Part shown: positions 8,338 to 19,234 of the stretch, one piece after another
Numbering within the stretch: the stretch's first letter is position 1
How the letters are laid out: the number at the start of each line of letters is the position of its first letter
Origin: Amoebidium appalachense
Lineage: Eukaryota > Protista > Ichthyosporea
NCBI GenBank assembly: GCA_963693365.1
Contig: CAVNZM010000012.1
Span: 2,046,001-2,110,000 of the forward strand
DNA length: 64,000 nt
Direction: 5' to 3'
Position numbers and translations under genes: made by a program
Notes under the pieces: generated by a model
What the model was told of the DNA's origin: nothing
Databases searched by the model: none
What the model saw: only the letters and a program-made list of their open reading frames with translations

Positions 8338-11300
8338 TTTTAATTTTGATTTTTTCGTGTGTTGCCTGTTTTCGTGTTGGAAAAAGTGAGGTATCTTTTC
8401 ACATGTGTGTGCCTTTTATATGTGCTGGTGCCTGCTCTTTTTGGCAAGTCTCCCCCCTTGTATGCATGTATGGTGCTGTTGTTGGTGTTCATGCTTCTAC
8501 CCAAGGCCACATTGGAAGGGTTTGTGTTTGCATTAAACTCTGATTTTATTTGCTGCTTCCCCTCATGCATACGGTGCACGTGGTGTATGCCCAAAAACAC
8601 CGTCTTTTTCTTTAAGTTTTTCTTCTGACCCCCTTTCCCATGCACACAGCACCCCATTTTTCCTTTTTTCTGAAGCTAAGTTAACAGACACCCCATATAA
8701 TTTTCATGTCTACCCTAACGTATTCCCTGCATACTTTGATACTTTGATTTAACTTTGATTTAAAAATTGCATACTTTAACTTAAAATGCTAACTAACCCT
8801 TCCCCTTCCCTCCCCCTCCCTCCCCCTCCCCCTCCCCCCACTCAAAACTGCAGAGTCCCCTCCGGTGCTGCCCACCCAATGGGGTAGCTGCGTACACTGC
8901 CGTCGGCTGCCTCAAACACCCCCCTCTTGTCGAAGGCCCCCGACTGTGTCTTCCTCTGGTCCTTGCTGGCCAGGTGGTAGTTGTGGGGCACCCCGGGCAC
9001 GGGCTCGCGCAGCAGCCGGTGGTTGGTGACACTCACACTCGGCATCTCCCCGTGCACCAGCATACGGAGGCTGGGGAGGTTCACCATGTCGGCTGCACGA
9101 CGGGAGAGGGTGATGCCCTTGACCTTGACGTCGGTCTTGCCGTCCTGGGTGCGGTAGGCATAGGTCTTGGGGGCCACTCCAACAAACTCGACGATGGGGG
9201 CGGTGGTCTCGTTCTTCCAGTTGCCCAGCAAGTCCCCGTTGGTGGAGTCGATGTTGTGGCTGAGGTGGGGCACCCTGCTGTCGTAGTGGTAGACGATGGA
9301 GTCCGTGTCCATGTACACCACCTGCTGGGGGGAGAGGGACCGGAGGGCACCATAGAGGTGCAGCCGTGCATGGGCCGTCACGAACGTGCCGATGGCGATG
9401 TTCGCGTAGGAGGGGGGTGGGGCCGTCTCCTTCTTGGGCCTGTACTTGATGGCCACCCTCTGCTCGCCGATGGGCTCGACGTCCAGCACCAAGATGTTGG
9501 GGTTGGTCACCAGCAGACTCAGCCGATCGACATCGTCGACAAACTCGATGGTGTCGAGCCCTGCCCTCTGCACCAGCTTGCCCCAGAGGCTGTTCAAAAA
9601 CAGCTTGCTGATGGTACGAAGGGCAGGGTTGGGGCTGAACTCGTCGGCCGTCACCGTGATGCCGTAGTGCTCCTTGAACAGGTGCACGAGGGCGGGTATG
9701 TCGGCAGGATCCACGGTGGTGCTGGTGAGCTTCACCTTCAGGAAGGTCTGCACGTACTTCCGAAACAGGTTCTTGGTGCGTTTCTTGAAATGCACCACAT
9801 CGTACACATCGAGGATGGTGTACCCATCACGCACGGCCACCTTCAGCTCCTCCGTCGTCCACGTGCCGACCAGTGCCCTCTCCTCGTCCGTGTGTGTGCA
9901 TTGCACATGCTCACGCACCCGGGGGTTGCCCTCCTCGTCCATGCAGGTGGCCAGGGCCTCCTCCTTGCTGCTGCAGGCCCTGCACAGCACAAAGCCCAGC
10001 TTGTCGTACCCCTGGGCACCCGTCATACGCACAGGCAGCACGGGGATGAAGAGATCCTTGGGGGGGAGCACCCTCACACGTGCAACACCAAAGTACCCCT
10101 TGGTCCTGGCCTTGGGGGAGCCGGGGGTCATACGGCACGTCTTGTCGAGCCTCTCCTTGAGCACCTGGGGGTCCGTGACGATGACCGAGGGGTGGTCCTC
10201 CGGCTTGATGGGCAGTGACGTGAACCACTGTGACTTGCCCACCGGCATGTACTTGTCAATCATCACGTACGGGTAGAGGGACGTGACGTCGACGTACTTG
10301 AGCCCTGCCTGTGGCCAGTCCTCCTCCTTGACCTCGATGTGACGAGTGATGACCTCCGTACGGCCACCAAAGAAGGCATCACGGAACTGCACCGGGCCCG
10401 TGGGCACGGGGGCCACCCTGCCGGTGCCCTCCCTCCGTGCTGCCTGTGCTGCAAGTGCTGCCTTCACCTCCGGGCTCTGCCGAAGCCTGTCCCACCTGCA
10501 CTCCCACATGCTCTGCACCTTGTGCCCCTGGGCACGGATGTACCTCTCGTGGCCCATGGTGCTGTCGTAGGCCTCCTTGGCCGACCTCTTCACCACCCTC
10601 ATCGTCAGATCCTCGTGCATATTGCATTCGGGGCACCCGTGGAACACACACCCGTGGAAGAAGTAGTAGGTGCACGTGCCGTCGTCGTGGGTGGCCTTGG
10701 CATCGGCCGTGGCCCGCCCGTGGGGGCCGTACCCGGTGGCCTCGTGCCGTGCAATGTCGTCGGGCCCCACCCCCAGCCCGTGGGTGACGTAGTCGATGTA
10801 CTCCTGCTCCTTCTTGCTGCTGTTGACGTTGCCCATGGTCTGGTCTCGAAGCACAGCCACGTCCTTGGGCATGGCCTGTGAGATCCAGAAGTGCATGGCC
10901 AGTGCTGCAAGGGTCACACACGTGAAGGGGTCGATGCCCGTCAGCTCAATGAGTTTGGACATGAAGGCCTTGACCACCTGCTGCAGCAGCACCACGTCCT
11001 TGACACAGTAGTCCTCACACTGCTGCACAATGTCGTAGCACGTGGCTGCCGGGGCCCCCTCAAGCAGACGTGCCTGCTCCTCGTGCCACCACTGCATGAA
11101 GGCAGAATGCTGTCTGGGCTTCATGTCCTGGGCACCAAAGTCCTCGGGTCCGGGGAAGGGGATGTGACCGGCCTTGAAGTTGGCAAAGGTGGCTGCATGG
11201 TGGGGGAAGTGGCCCTTGGTCTCCTCACACCCCATGGCCTTGCCCGCATCTGACAGGGACATGGTGAGGAAGTTGAGGGTGTCCACGAACGTCAGCTCCA

Positions 11301-13620
11301 CCACCGTGGTACGGCTACCGCCCCCCCTCTCCCCCCCGTGCCGTCTCTTGTGGCCGGTGCCTGGTGCTGCTGCTGCTGCTGCTGCTGCCTGCTGCTGCAC
11401 ATCACCATGGCCATCACCATCCACCGGCATGGGTATGGGCTCGGGGTCTGCTGCACCGGCACCCTTGAGGTAGTGACGTATACGGCAGGACTTGATCTTG
11501 CTGTTGGTCATGATGGGCACGTACACATAGTCCTGGCTGCCCACCACCCTCTTGGTCACAAAGTGGAAGTCGAAGCCACTGCCGTTGTGGCAAAACACCC
11601 GGCCACCGGCGTGGGCAGGGGTGTCAAACAGCCACTTGACCACCTTGTCAATCACGTGGTGGTTGTCGTCCATCAACACGTCCCAGGCGTCCTTGCCGTC
11701 GGCCGAGGGCTCCGGCCAGAAGATGGTGGGGCCAGTCGGTTGGCCATCTGACGGCTCGACGTACATGGCCACAGCAAGGTACACAATGTCGATGAAGTGG
11801 GGGTTGTCGGGTGTGTGGTCGGGGGCTGGCACCGGCATGGTCTCAAAGTCCAGCACAATGTCCCTGATGGGCTGCCTGGTCTGCTTCCACACACCCCCGG
11901 GTCCGCTGCCGTCATTGTCGGGCACGTGCCGTTTGCACACGTGTGCACCCACCCTGCTGCCGGCAGCATCCACCCTGACCCTCTGCCGTGCAGGTGACTC
12001 TCCCCCCTCCTCCCCCTCCCCCTGCTCGTTGGAGAAGCATGCCAGCCTGTCACACACCGCACCGTCTGCATCCGTGTGTGTGCACATATACACACGCCGT
12101 TGGCCACTGAGCTTGCTACGTATGAGGCACGTGTGGTTGCCGGGCATATAGCCCCCACAGCCCTTGCAGGCGTAGTCGGTGCACAGGTGTTGTGTCCACG
12201 TGTCGTCCTTCTTGGCCCCGTGCTCACCCCCCTCACCCCCCTCCCCCTCCCCCTCAGACATCTGCATGAGGTCGACGGCATCATCCTCGTCATCACTCTC
12301 ACCCTCGTCGTCTGACGACTCGACAAGGCAGGGTGGGGGGTCTGTGCCTGTGTCGGAGTCCTCCCCCTCCGTGTCCGTGGCATAGTCCCAGTCCTCCCCC
12401 TCGTCGTTGGAGCCTGCATCTGCCCCTGCATCGTACCCCCCTTGCTCCTGGGCAGTGTGCAGCCGGCGTAGACGGCGCACGCTGGCATACTTGAACTTGT
12501 AGAAGAACCGGCCGGCAGGATTGCCCGACACACACACCCTGAGGGCATCATCTCCACTGCCAATCATCCTGTACCCCTGCAGGCCGTGGGTGCACGTGGC
12601 CAGCCGGCACCAGAACACGGTGTCACAGAAGGATTGTTGCCGGCCGTCGGCCCTGGCCCCGGCCCCCTTGAGCTTGGTGCTGTGGTTGGCCATGCACCTG
12701 GCCGAAGGGAAGAGGCCACAGCAGTCGTCACAACGGTAAGGCCATGCATCCTCCCCCACCCGTGCTAGCTCCACACGGCGCCCGGGGGTCCACACACAGG
12801 CATCTGCCTGGTCGATGTGGTTCCCCTTTGATCCACAGTTCCCACACTGGTTCACACAACGGTGCACCCCCATGTTCTTGGATTGCACGGTCTGGTTGCA
12901 GTGGAAGCAGGTGCTGAGGCTCCGACGTACGGCCCCCGTGTGGTTGCCGTTGCGCAGGCGCTCGATGGTGTTGCTGACATTGGAGGGGATGGCTGTGAAG
13001 TGGCCCAGCTTCTGGGAGTGGCCAAGGTACATGGTGCACAGCTTGCCGGGGGGAAGGGCCGAGCTCACGTCCCCGTACCTTCTTGCCACCCTACCCTTGC
13101 TGTCCAGGTCCACCACCACCAGCCGTAGACGGGTGACTGACTGGGTCTCACTGGCAATCTGCATGTTGAGGGCATCCACGGCTGCACCCAACTGATCCAC
13201 CGTCAGCCCGTCCTCTGCAGGCACAGGCAGCTTGTACTTGGCCCACAGCCGGCGGGTGGCCCTTGCCAGCCTGCGCAGGTAACGGTCCTGGAAGTTGCTC
13301 CTTGGGTTGATGGGTGGCTGCAGTAGGTTGCACACCCCACAGCCGGAAGACACAGACCTACCCAGAGCCTTGTTGCCAATACCAATCACATCCATAGGGT
13401 CCAGTAGGTGGCACAGCACGTGGTGGTCCTTGAGCTTCATGAGGTCACCCCCATTGCCCAGGTTCTTACGAGTGTGCTCGGAGGGCAGGCTGCCGTTCTC
13501 GTTGCTGTTGGCTGCCTTGCTGACCCACATTGCCATACAGTACACCAGGCACAGCTGGGCACAGGAGGGGCCGTCGGCAATCTCAAGCAGCTGATGGTGG
13601 TCAAGCTCCTTCTCCCCTGT

Positions 13621-14397
13621 TGTAAAGTATCCTCACGGACACTTCAGTGTAAAATGTATGTGTATGAGTGTAAACGGGGTTCACTCTGAACTGGATTTCA
13701 GAGGATCGATGCGTGCGTTTATATACGGATGGTCGACCCGGACAAGATTACTTGACCAATTACACAACTCCCTAGCCGACCAATCATATTACAGATTAGT
13801 ACAGGGCTAGTAATTACTGTGTGTGACTACTTGGTCTCTTGCCGGTTCTAACACTCATATATAATCTTTACTGCTGCATGACTTATGACTTACACAGCCC
13901 CGAAATATACTCCAAATAAACAGGTACCAGTACTTTTCCTGTTTGTGACTTTGGTTACCAGTTACCTTTCGGAGTGCTGTCTCTCTCACATGTGTAACTG
14001 CAGGTTTACAACGACCACTCATTGCAGCTGGACTTTACCGGGATGCCCTCAACATGACTGGTCGAATATGAGACTCCCCAATCACTCACAACCTGCTTGT
14101 TAGTTATTCGTTCTCTATGGCCGCAGCATTTACGTGTTCCAATCAACACAGAAGAGGCCATAAGTGTCCACTCACGCGAGTCTCACTGTAGTTCGTTTCC
14201 AAGTAACCGAACATATGTAATTGTATTTGATCATCCGATTGGAAAAGCAGATATAACATTTATGATTGGCTCATTCATCAGCAAACGCCGACATCTGACT
14301 GGATGAGCCGGCACCGACGAATTGTAAATAAAGCAAATAGATCTGAATAGATCTGAATCGATCGATTGACACGAATGCTCGCTGCGGAGACATAACA
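13621..14397 (-). repeat. 3' LTR
   Basis: Same sequence as 20697-21473 (offset 7076; identical ORF translations at 13885/20961 and 14097/21173). Confidence 0.97.
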
Positions 14398-14446
14398 ATC
14401 CCCCCCTCAGCAGGAAATCTGAGCTCCGACGAAGAAGAGACAAAGT

Positions 14447-17400
14447 TTAACACATCGATTCAAGTTTCTTTTCCCGCCGTGGGAACAGAACATCGCGCAA
14501 CTGCCGTCGTCGTAAAAGACGAGCCGTGCGTGCATCTGTAGCATTTGGTGTCGAGTTAACACTCACCGACTGAGTGACGTCGACCTGTTTGTCTACCCGT
14601 GGTGTTTTTGGATTTCTAGGAACAACAACCTTAGGATGAGAAGGTTGTCTAACTACCCGACGTTCGTATGCTTGGATTAACTCTGGGCACCATAATAAAG
14701 ACTCTGGACGCCACTGATTGAAAGCCGTGTCGTAGCCTGCAAATTTGACTCGATAATAAGTGGTTGCATGGCCGTTGACTGTAACTACTTTCTTATCCAA
14801 AATTTTCTCTACCGTGGTGTCCATGCCACCTAACTCTGGAATACCGTTATGCTGGGTGTTAGGACACTGAGAAAACGTCGAAAGAGCACGGAAGGCAAAT
14901 TCGTGGTAAGCCTTAATGTCGTCGACGTTATACTGGCGAATATCGTGCTCATTCACCGTATGCCGGAGTTTGTATTCAGTACTACCTATCCGGGCTAACA
15001 CTATATATGGACCCAAGAACCGTGGTCTCCATTTCTTCACGGGGCCACCCTTAGCACGGGTGAAATTCCTAACCAACACCTTACTGCCCACTTTAAAAGT
15101 ACGGAGAGGAATGTTAGTGTTAGTGCTGTTAGTAAGAGATTCATGTGCTTGCTCTGTACGTTGCCGTGCCACTTCACGGGCATGCAAAACTCGAGCCAAC
15201 ACCTCCTCCCTATACTTAGTCCACTCTTCCATACGGAGAGGACCAGAGAAGGCAGGAAGCATACTCACATCTAAGAACTCGGTACACTCCTGACCATGCA
15301 CAAGAAAATACGGAGAAAAACCAGTGATAGCATTAGGTGTGGTACGATAAGCATGCACCACAAAAGGAAGTACACTATCCCAGTCAGCGTGCTCCATATC
15401 CACATATTTTGCTAAACACGATTGAAACACTGCATGTGCACGTTCAGCAACGCCATTTGCTTGAGGGTGGTAAGCAGACGTATGCAACAATGACACACCC
15501 AACAGTTTACACACCTCACTCATTATTTCAGACAAAAATGAGCTACCCCTATCACTTAACACAGAACGGGGGGGGCCAAAACGAAGACAAACATGATGCA
15601 AAAACACACGTGCCAACGTCACTGCATCACTTGAACGAATAGGGACAGTTTCAGTCCAACGTGTAGCTAAATCAGTGAGAGTAACAATATAATGATTACC
15701 CTGCACTGTTTCGGGGAAAGGCCCCATCACATCCATAGCTACCCGTTCAAAAGCCTTAATAAAAGTACCATGATACTGGGGGACCCGACTTCGCATGTGT
15801 GTGGATTGATTGTGAAATGCACATGCATGACATCCCAACACCTTTCTCTCCACATCCTTACTCATGCCAGGCCAATAATAATTCACTTGCACACGTTGAT
15901 ATGTACGGGACACACCTAAATGACCCGCCCACGGAGCATCATGCATGTGTTCAAGCACCATATCAACCAAACGAGGGGGAACCCACAAACGTTGACCTTG
16001 TGGCCCACTTAAATGATAAAGAACACCATCTTGCAACACACATTGGAGAGCACACCTTTTTGTACGATTTTCCCATGTCCGACGTTGGCCTTTGGTGGGT
16101 TTATCCACCGAAAAAACCATATCCCCTGGACGTTGCTCCACTTGACATATCACGTCGTGCAAAAACCTGTCACTGCGTTGTGACGACACCACCTGTTCCT
16201 GAAAAACAGGTGTAGAAAACTGGGAAGGAGAGGTGAACGAATTCGGGGTCCCACCGTGTACCGGGGCCCCTACCTTCACCATACTATCCTTAAGAGAGGA
16301 GATGTCTACTTCAGCAGCCCACACATGCTGATTTGACACGTTGATTGAATCTACTTCAACATTTACTCCATCAAAAGGGTGTGTTTGGGTGAATTTATCA
16401 TACTCGATGTATGCATTTCTACTGAGTGCATCACAATCTTTCATACTTTCACCTTTTGCATAAAAAGCCTTGTAATCAAACGAAGCTAACTCTGCAGCCC
16501 ACCGTTGCATGCGTTCGTTGGTTAGCTTAGTAAGACCTTTCATGGCTAAAGTAGGTTTGTGATCAGAATACACCTCAAACGTCCTACCTACCAAAATATG
16601 TCTCCACTCTTTGGTAATGAAATGATAGATAGCATGACTTTCCCGTTCTGGATTACTGTAACGTCGTTCCGTGGGGGAAAATACTCGACTGCCATATGCA
16701 ACTACTCTATCTACTTTATCCTGTTCTTGATACAGTATGCCACCCTCACTGACTAAACTGGCATCTACCCGAACTCGGAAAATACCTTGTGTGGGGGAGA
16801 AATCGGGGTGAACGAGAACATTATCACTTACCAATACTTCTTTTAACCGTTCAAAAGCTTCTAAAGCTTCAGAGTCCCACAACACGGGGGCTTTTCTGTC
16901 ACCACCTGTCTGCTTAGTAAGAGGGTGAGCAATTTCGGCATACCTCCGTATAAAACGACGGAGGTAATTGGTTAGTCCTAGAAACTGCCTGAGCTGAGTG
17001 ACCGTTTTAGGGTGAGGCCATTCTGTAATAGCCTTGATTTTACTAGGATCAGGAATAACACCATCCTTCGTGATCCTATGACCCAGGAATTTAACATCTT
17101 GCACCCCCACTATGGTCTTTTTACCACTCACTTTCATACCAGCAGCTTCCAACACAGAGAACACTTTTTCACAATTAGAAACTAATTCTTCAAACGTTCT
17201 CCCTTTGACACATGCGTCATCCATATAACACGCCGTATACGATAAACACGGACGCAAGATATCGCGCATAATACGACACAAATTTGCAGGTGCATGCACA
17301 AGACCTTGGGGCATCACAGTAAACTGCCACAACTCACCATCGAATGCAAAAGCAGTCTTCTCCTTATCCTCTTCCCTAAGCCGACACTGAAAAAATGCAT

Positions 17401-19234
17401 TTTTCAAATCGAGGACACAGAACCACTTATAGCCATGAAAACTATCAAGTAATTCATCAATACGGGGAAGGGGAAAGAGATCCTTTTTAGTGACAGAGTT
17501 AAGGCCGCGTAGGTCTGTGCACATCCTGTAGGACCCGTCTGGTTTTTTAATTAAAAGTACCGGTGACCGCCACTGACTTTTACTAGGCTCTAAAATCTGC
17601 ATTTCTCGAAATTCACTAATCATTTGCCTACCTGACTCTAATTTCGATTGCTCCATTCGATACTGAGGCATCACCACAGGACTGGCATCACCTGTATCAA
17701 TTGCCACTGTATATCCCTTCACAAAACCGTGATCTTTTGGATGCCTAAGAAATACATTTTTGACTCGATTTAACATGGGAAGAATTAAGGCACGTTGCTG
17801 ATCCGTCCAACCTGGATCTACCATACCCCAGGGGAGACTCACTTCACCGGAATCACCCTCCTTGTTACAGTTACTACTTGCACCTTCACCTGCACACACT
17901 CCGTCTGCTTTACCAATATCATCACTAGAAGGGCCCTTTTCTGTGGATGAGGGATTGACACCTACTGCATCGGACTGATGACCAGACACCGTGGTAACCG
18001 CAGACACTGAAACACCATCAACCGTAGGCGAGCGACTTCCTGTTGGTGTTGATGTCTCGGGCTGGCCACATGCTTCCGGATTACTAAGTTTATCTGAAGG
18101 TAGCTCGGGGGTGGGGATAACTATTTCTGCAACAACTGTATCGAAAGGCAGCTGCCCTTCGATATATCCCAATCGCGTGCCAGCAGGTATTACTAATTCT
18201 GAATCAAAATTTCGATTTTCTACTTCGATCATGATTGTTTTATCAGCCGCCACTTTACTATATGAAGGACTCACAAATGGAAGTAACCTAGCTGCCGGAA
18301 CAAAGACACCTATATCTGCCACGACAGCAAATTTGTCTAAGTTCACCCGGACGAATGCACGACTGTGGGGAGGTACACAAATTTCGCTGACAGTGTGTGC
18401 AGTACTTTGATACCCCTCCGTACCCGTGTGCAAACGTACACTACCACCCTTCTTCAAATGCAACTTATTAGATTCTTCATCTAACAATTTAACATGTGCC
18501 TTTGAAAATGGACGGCCTAAAATCATACTCTGACCCATGTTTGCACAAACAGCAAACGTGACAAATAATGTGTGGGAACCAATGGTACATGGGAGAGTGA
18601 CCCGGCCCACCACATTCAACGATGCATCAGGATTGGCAGTCTTCACACCACTCACTAAGTTATTTGAAAACATTGTAACACGTGCGCCCATCTTCATTAA
18701 ATTACAAATAACTTTTTCATGCACACAATTAATGTTTGCACCACCATCTAAAAGAGCATCATGAATTTGAACATCACCCAATACCACAGGAACATATAAC
18801 CGTGCTTCTGGCTGAATTAAAGATGCAAACACTTCCTGTAACACAGAAATTTCCACTTCACTACTTTCCACACTAGTCTCTATCACCGACACAGAAATAT
18901 TGGAAGGGGGGGAGGGGGGTGGGGGGGTGGGGAGGGGGTGGGGGGAGGGGGAAAGGGGGGGACGGGAGGAAGGGGGGGTGGGGGGTGTGGGGAAAGGGGG
19001 GGAAAGGGGGGAACGGGGGAAAGACTTAGCTTCATGCTGATTCTCAACGAGAGAGGGGGTAAATTGCACCACAGCAGTTTTAACTGACTGATTTACGGCA
19101 CCAGGCCGTGAGTGATTTATTGTCTTATTTACTTCAACAGTATCTGTATAACAAGACACGTTGATTTTAGACATTTCACTATCACTGCACATAGCCTCAA
19201 CTGCAATATACTCTACCCCACTCTCAGTGCCCCG
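14447..19234 (-). CDS. pol: Pol polyprotein: aspartic protease, dUTPase-like spacer, RT, RNase H, integrase, chromodomain
   Basis: LLDGGA; LDLKNAFFQ, MPQGL, YMDD; VDAS, YSDHKP; H-x6-H...CHAC, MDVMGP, LSDRG, ANGVAER; VEKILDKK...YRVKFAGY...W.PE. Confidence 0.95.
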   Translation of the reverse strand, partial: RGTESGVEYIAVEAMCSDSEMSKINVSCYTDTVEVNKTINHSRPGAVNQSVKTAVVQFTPSLVENQHEAKSFPRSPLSPPFPTPPTPPSSRPPLSPSPHPLPTPPPPSPPSNISVSVIETSVESSEVEISVLQEVFASLIQPEARLYVPVVLGDVQIHDALLDGGANINCVHEKVICNLMKMGARVTMFSNNLVSGVKTANPDASLNVVGRVTLPCTIGSHTLFVTFAVCANMGQSMILGRPFSKAHVKLLDEESNKLHLKKGGSVRLHTGTEGYQSTAHTVSEICVPPHSRAFVRVNLDKFAVVADIGVFVPAARLLPFVSPSYSKVAADKTIMIEVENRNFDSELVIPAGTRLGYIEGQLPFDTVVAEIVIPTPELPSDKLSNPEACGQPETSTPTGSRSPTVDGVSVSAVTTVSGHQSDAVGVNPSSTEKGPSSDDIGKADGVCAGEGASSNCNKEGDSGEVSLPWGMVDPGWTDQQRALILPMLNRVKNVFLRHPKDHGFVKGYTVAIDTGDASPVVMPQYRMEQSKLESGRQMISEFREMQILEPSKSQWRSPVLLIKKPDGSYRMCTDLRGLNSVTKKDLFPLPRIDELLDSFHGYKWFCVLDLKNAFFQCRLREEDKEKTAFAFDGELWQFTVMPQGLVHAPANLCRIMRDILRPCLSYTACYMDDACVKGRTFEELVSNCEKVFSVLEAAGMKVSGKKTIVGVQDVKFLGHRITKDGVIPDPSKIKAITEWPHPKTVTQLRQFLGLTNYLRRFIRRYAEIAHPLTKQTGGDRKAPVLWDSEALEAFERLKEVLVSDNVLVHPDFSPTQGIFRVRVDASLVSEGGILYQEQDKVDRVVAYGSRVFSPTERRYSNPERESHAIYHFITKEWRHILVGRTFEVYSDHKPTLAMKGLTKLTNERMQRWAAELASFDYKAFYAKGESMKDCDALSRNAYIEYDKFTQTHPFDGVNVEVDSINVSNQHVWAAEVDISSLKDSMVKVGAPVHGGTPNSFTSPSQFSTPVFQEQVVSSQRSDRFLHDVICQVEQRPGDMVFSVDKPTKGQRRTWENRTKRCALQCVLQDGVLYHLSGPQGQRLWVPPRLVDMVLEHMHDAPWAGHLGVSRTYQRVQVNYYWPGMSKDVERKVLGCHACAFHNQSTHMRSRVPQYHGTFIKAFERVAMDVMGPFPETVQGNHYIVTLTDLATRWTETVPIRSSDAVTLARVFLHHVCLRFGPPRSVLSDRGSSFLSEIMSEVCKLLGVSLLHTSAYHPQANGVAERAHAVFQSCLAKYVDMEHADWDSVLPFVVHAYRTTPNAITGFSPYFLVHGQECTEFLDVSMLPAFSGPLRMEEWTKYREEVLARVLHAREVARQRTEQAHESLTNSTNTNIPLRTFKVGSKVLVRNFTRAKGGPVKKWRPRFLGPYIVLARIGSTEYKLRHTVNEHDIRQYNVDDIKAYHEFAFRALSTFSQCPNTQHNGIPELGGMDTTVEKILDKKVVTVNGHATTYYRVKFAGYDTAFNQWRPESLLWCPELIQAYERRVVRQPSHPKVVVPRNPKTPRVDKQVDVTQSVSVNSTPNATDARTARLLRRRQLRDVLFPRREKKLESMC

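Noticed and set aside
8359-8628. Hydrophobic ORF between VLTF3 and pPolB
   Set aside because: TG-rich intergenic sequence with a non-ATG start; no support.
8974-13594. Long + strand and alternate-frame ORFs overlapping pPolB (and antisense ORFs over the MCP)
   Set aside because: Shadow ORFs caused by GC-rich codon bias; no motifs.
13885-14453. Short ORFs inside the LTRs
   Set aside because: Short, motif-less and duplicated simply because the LTRs are duplicated.
18170-18410. Active dUTPase in Pol
   Set aside because: Only a degenerate dUTPase-like spacer common in Ty3/Gypsy; catalytic motifs not recognisable.
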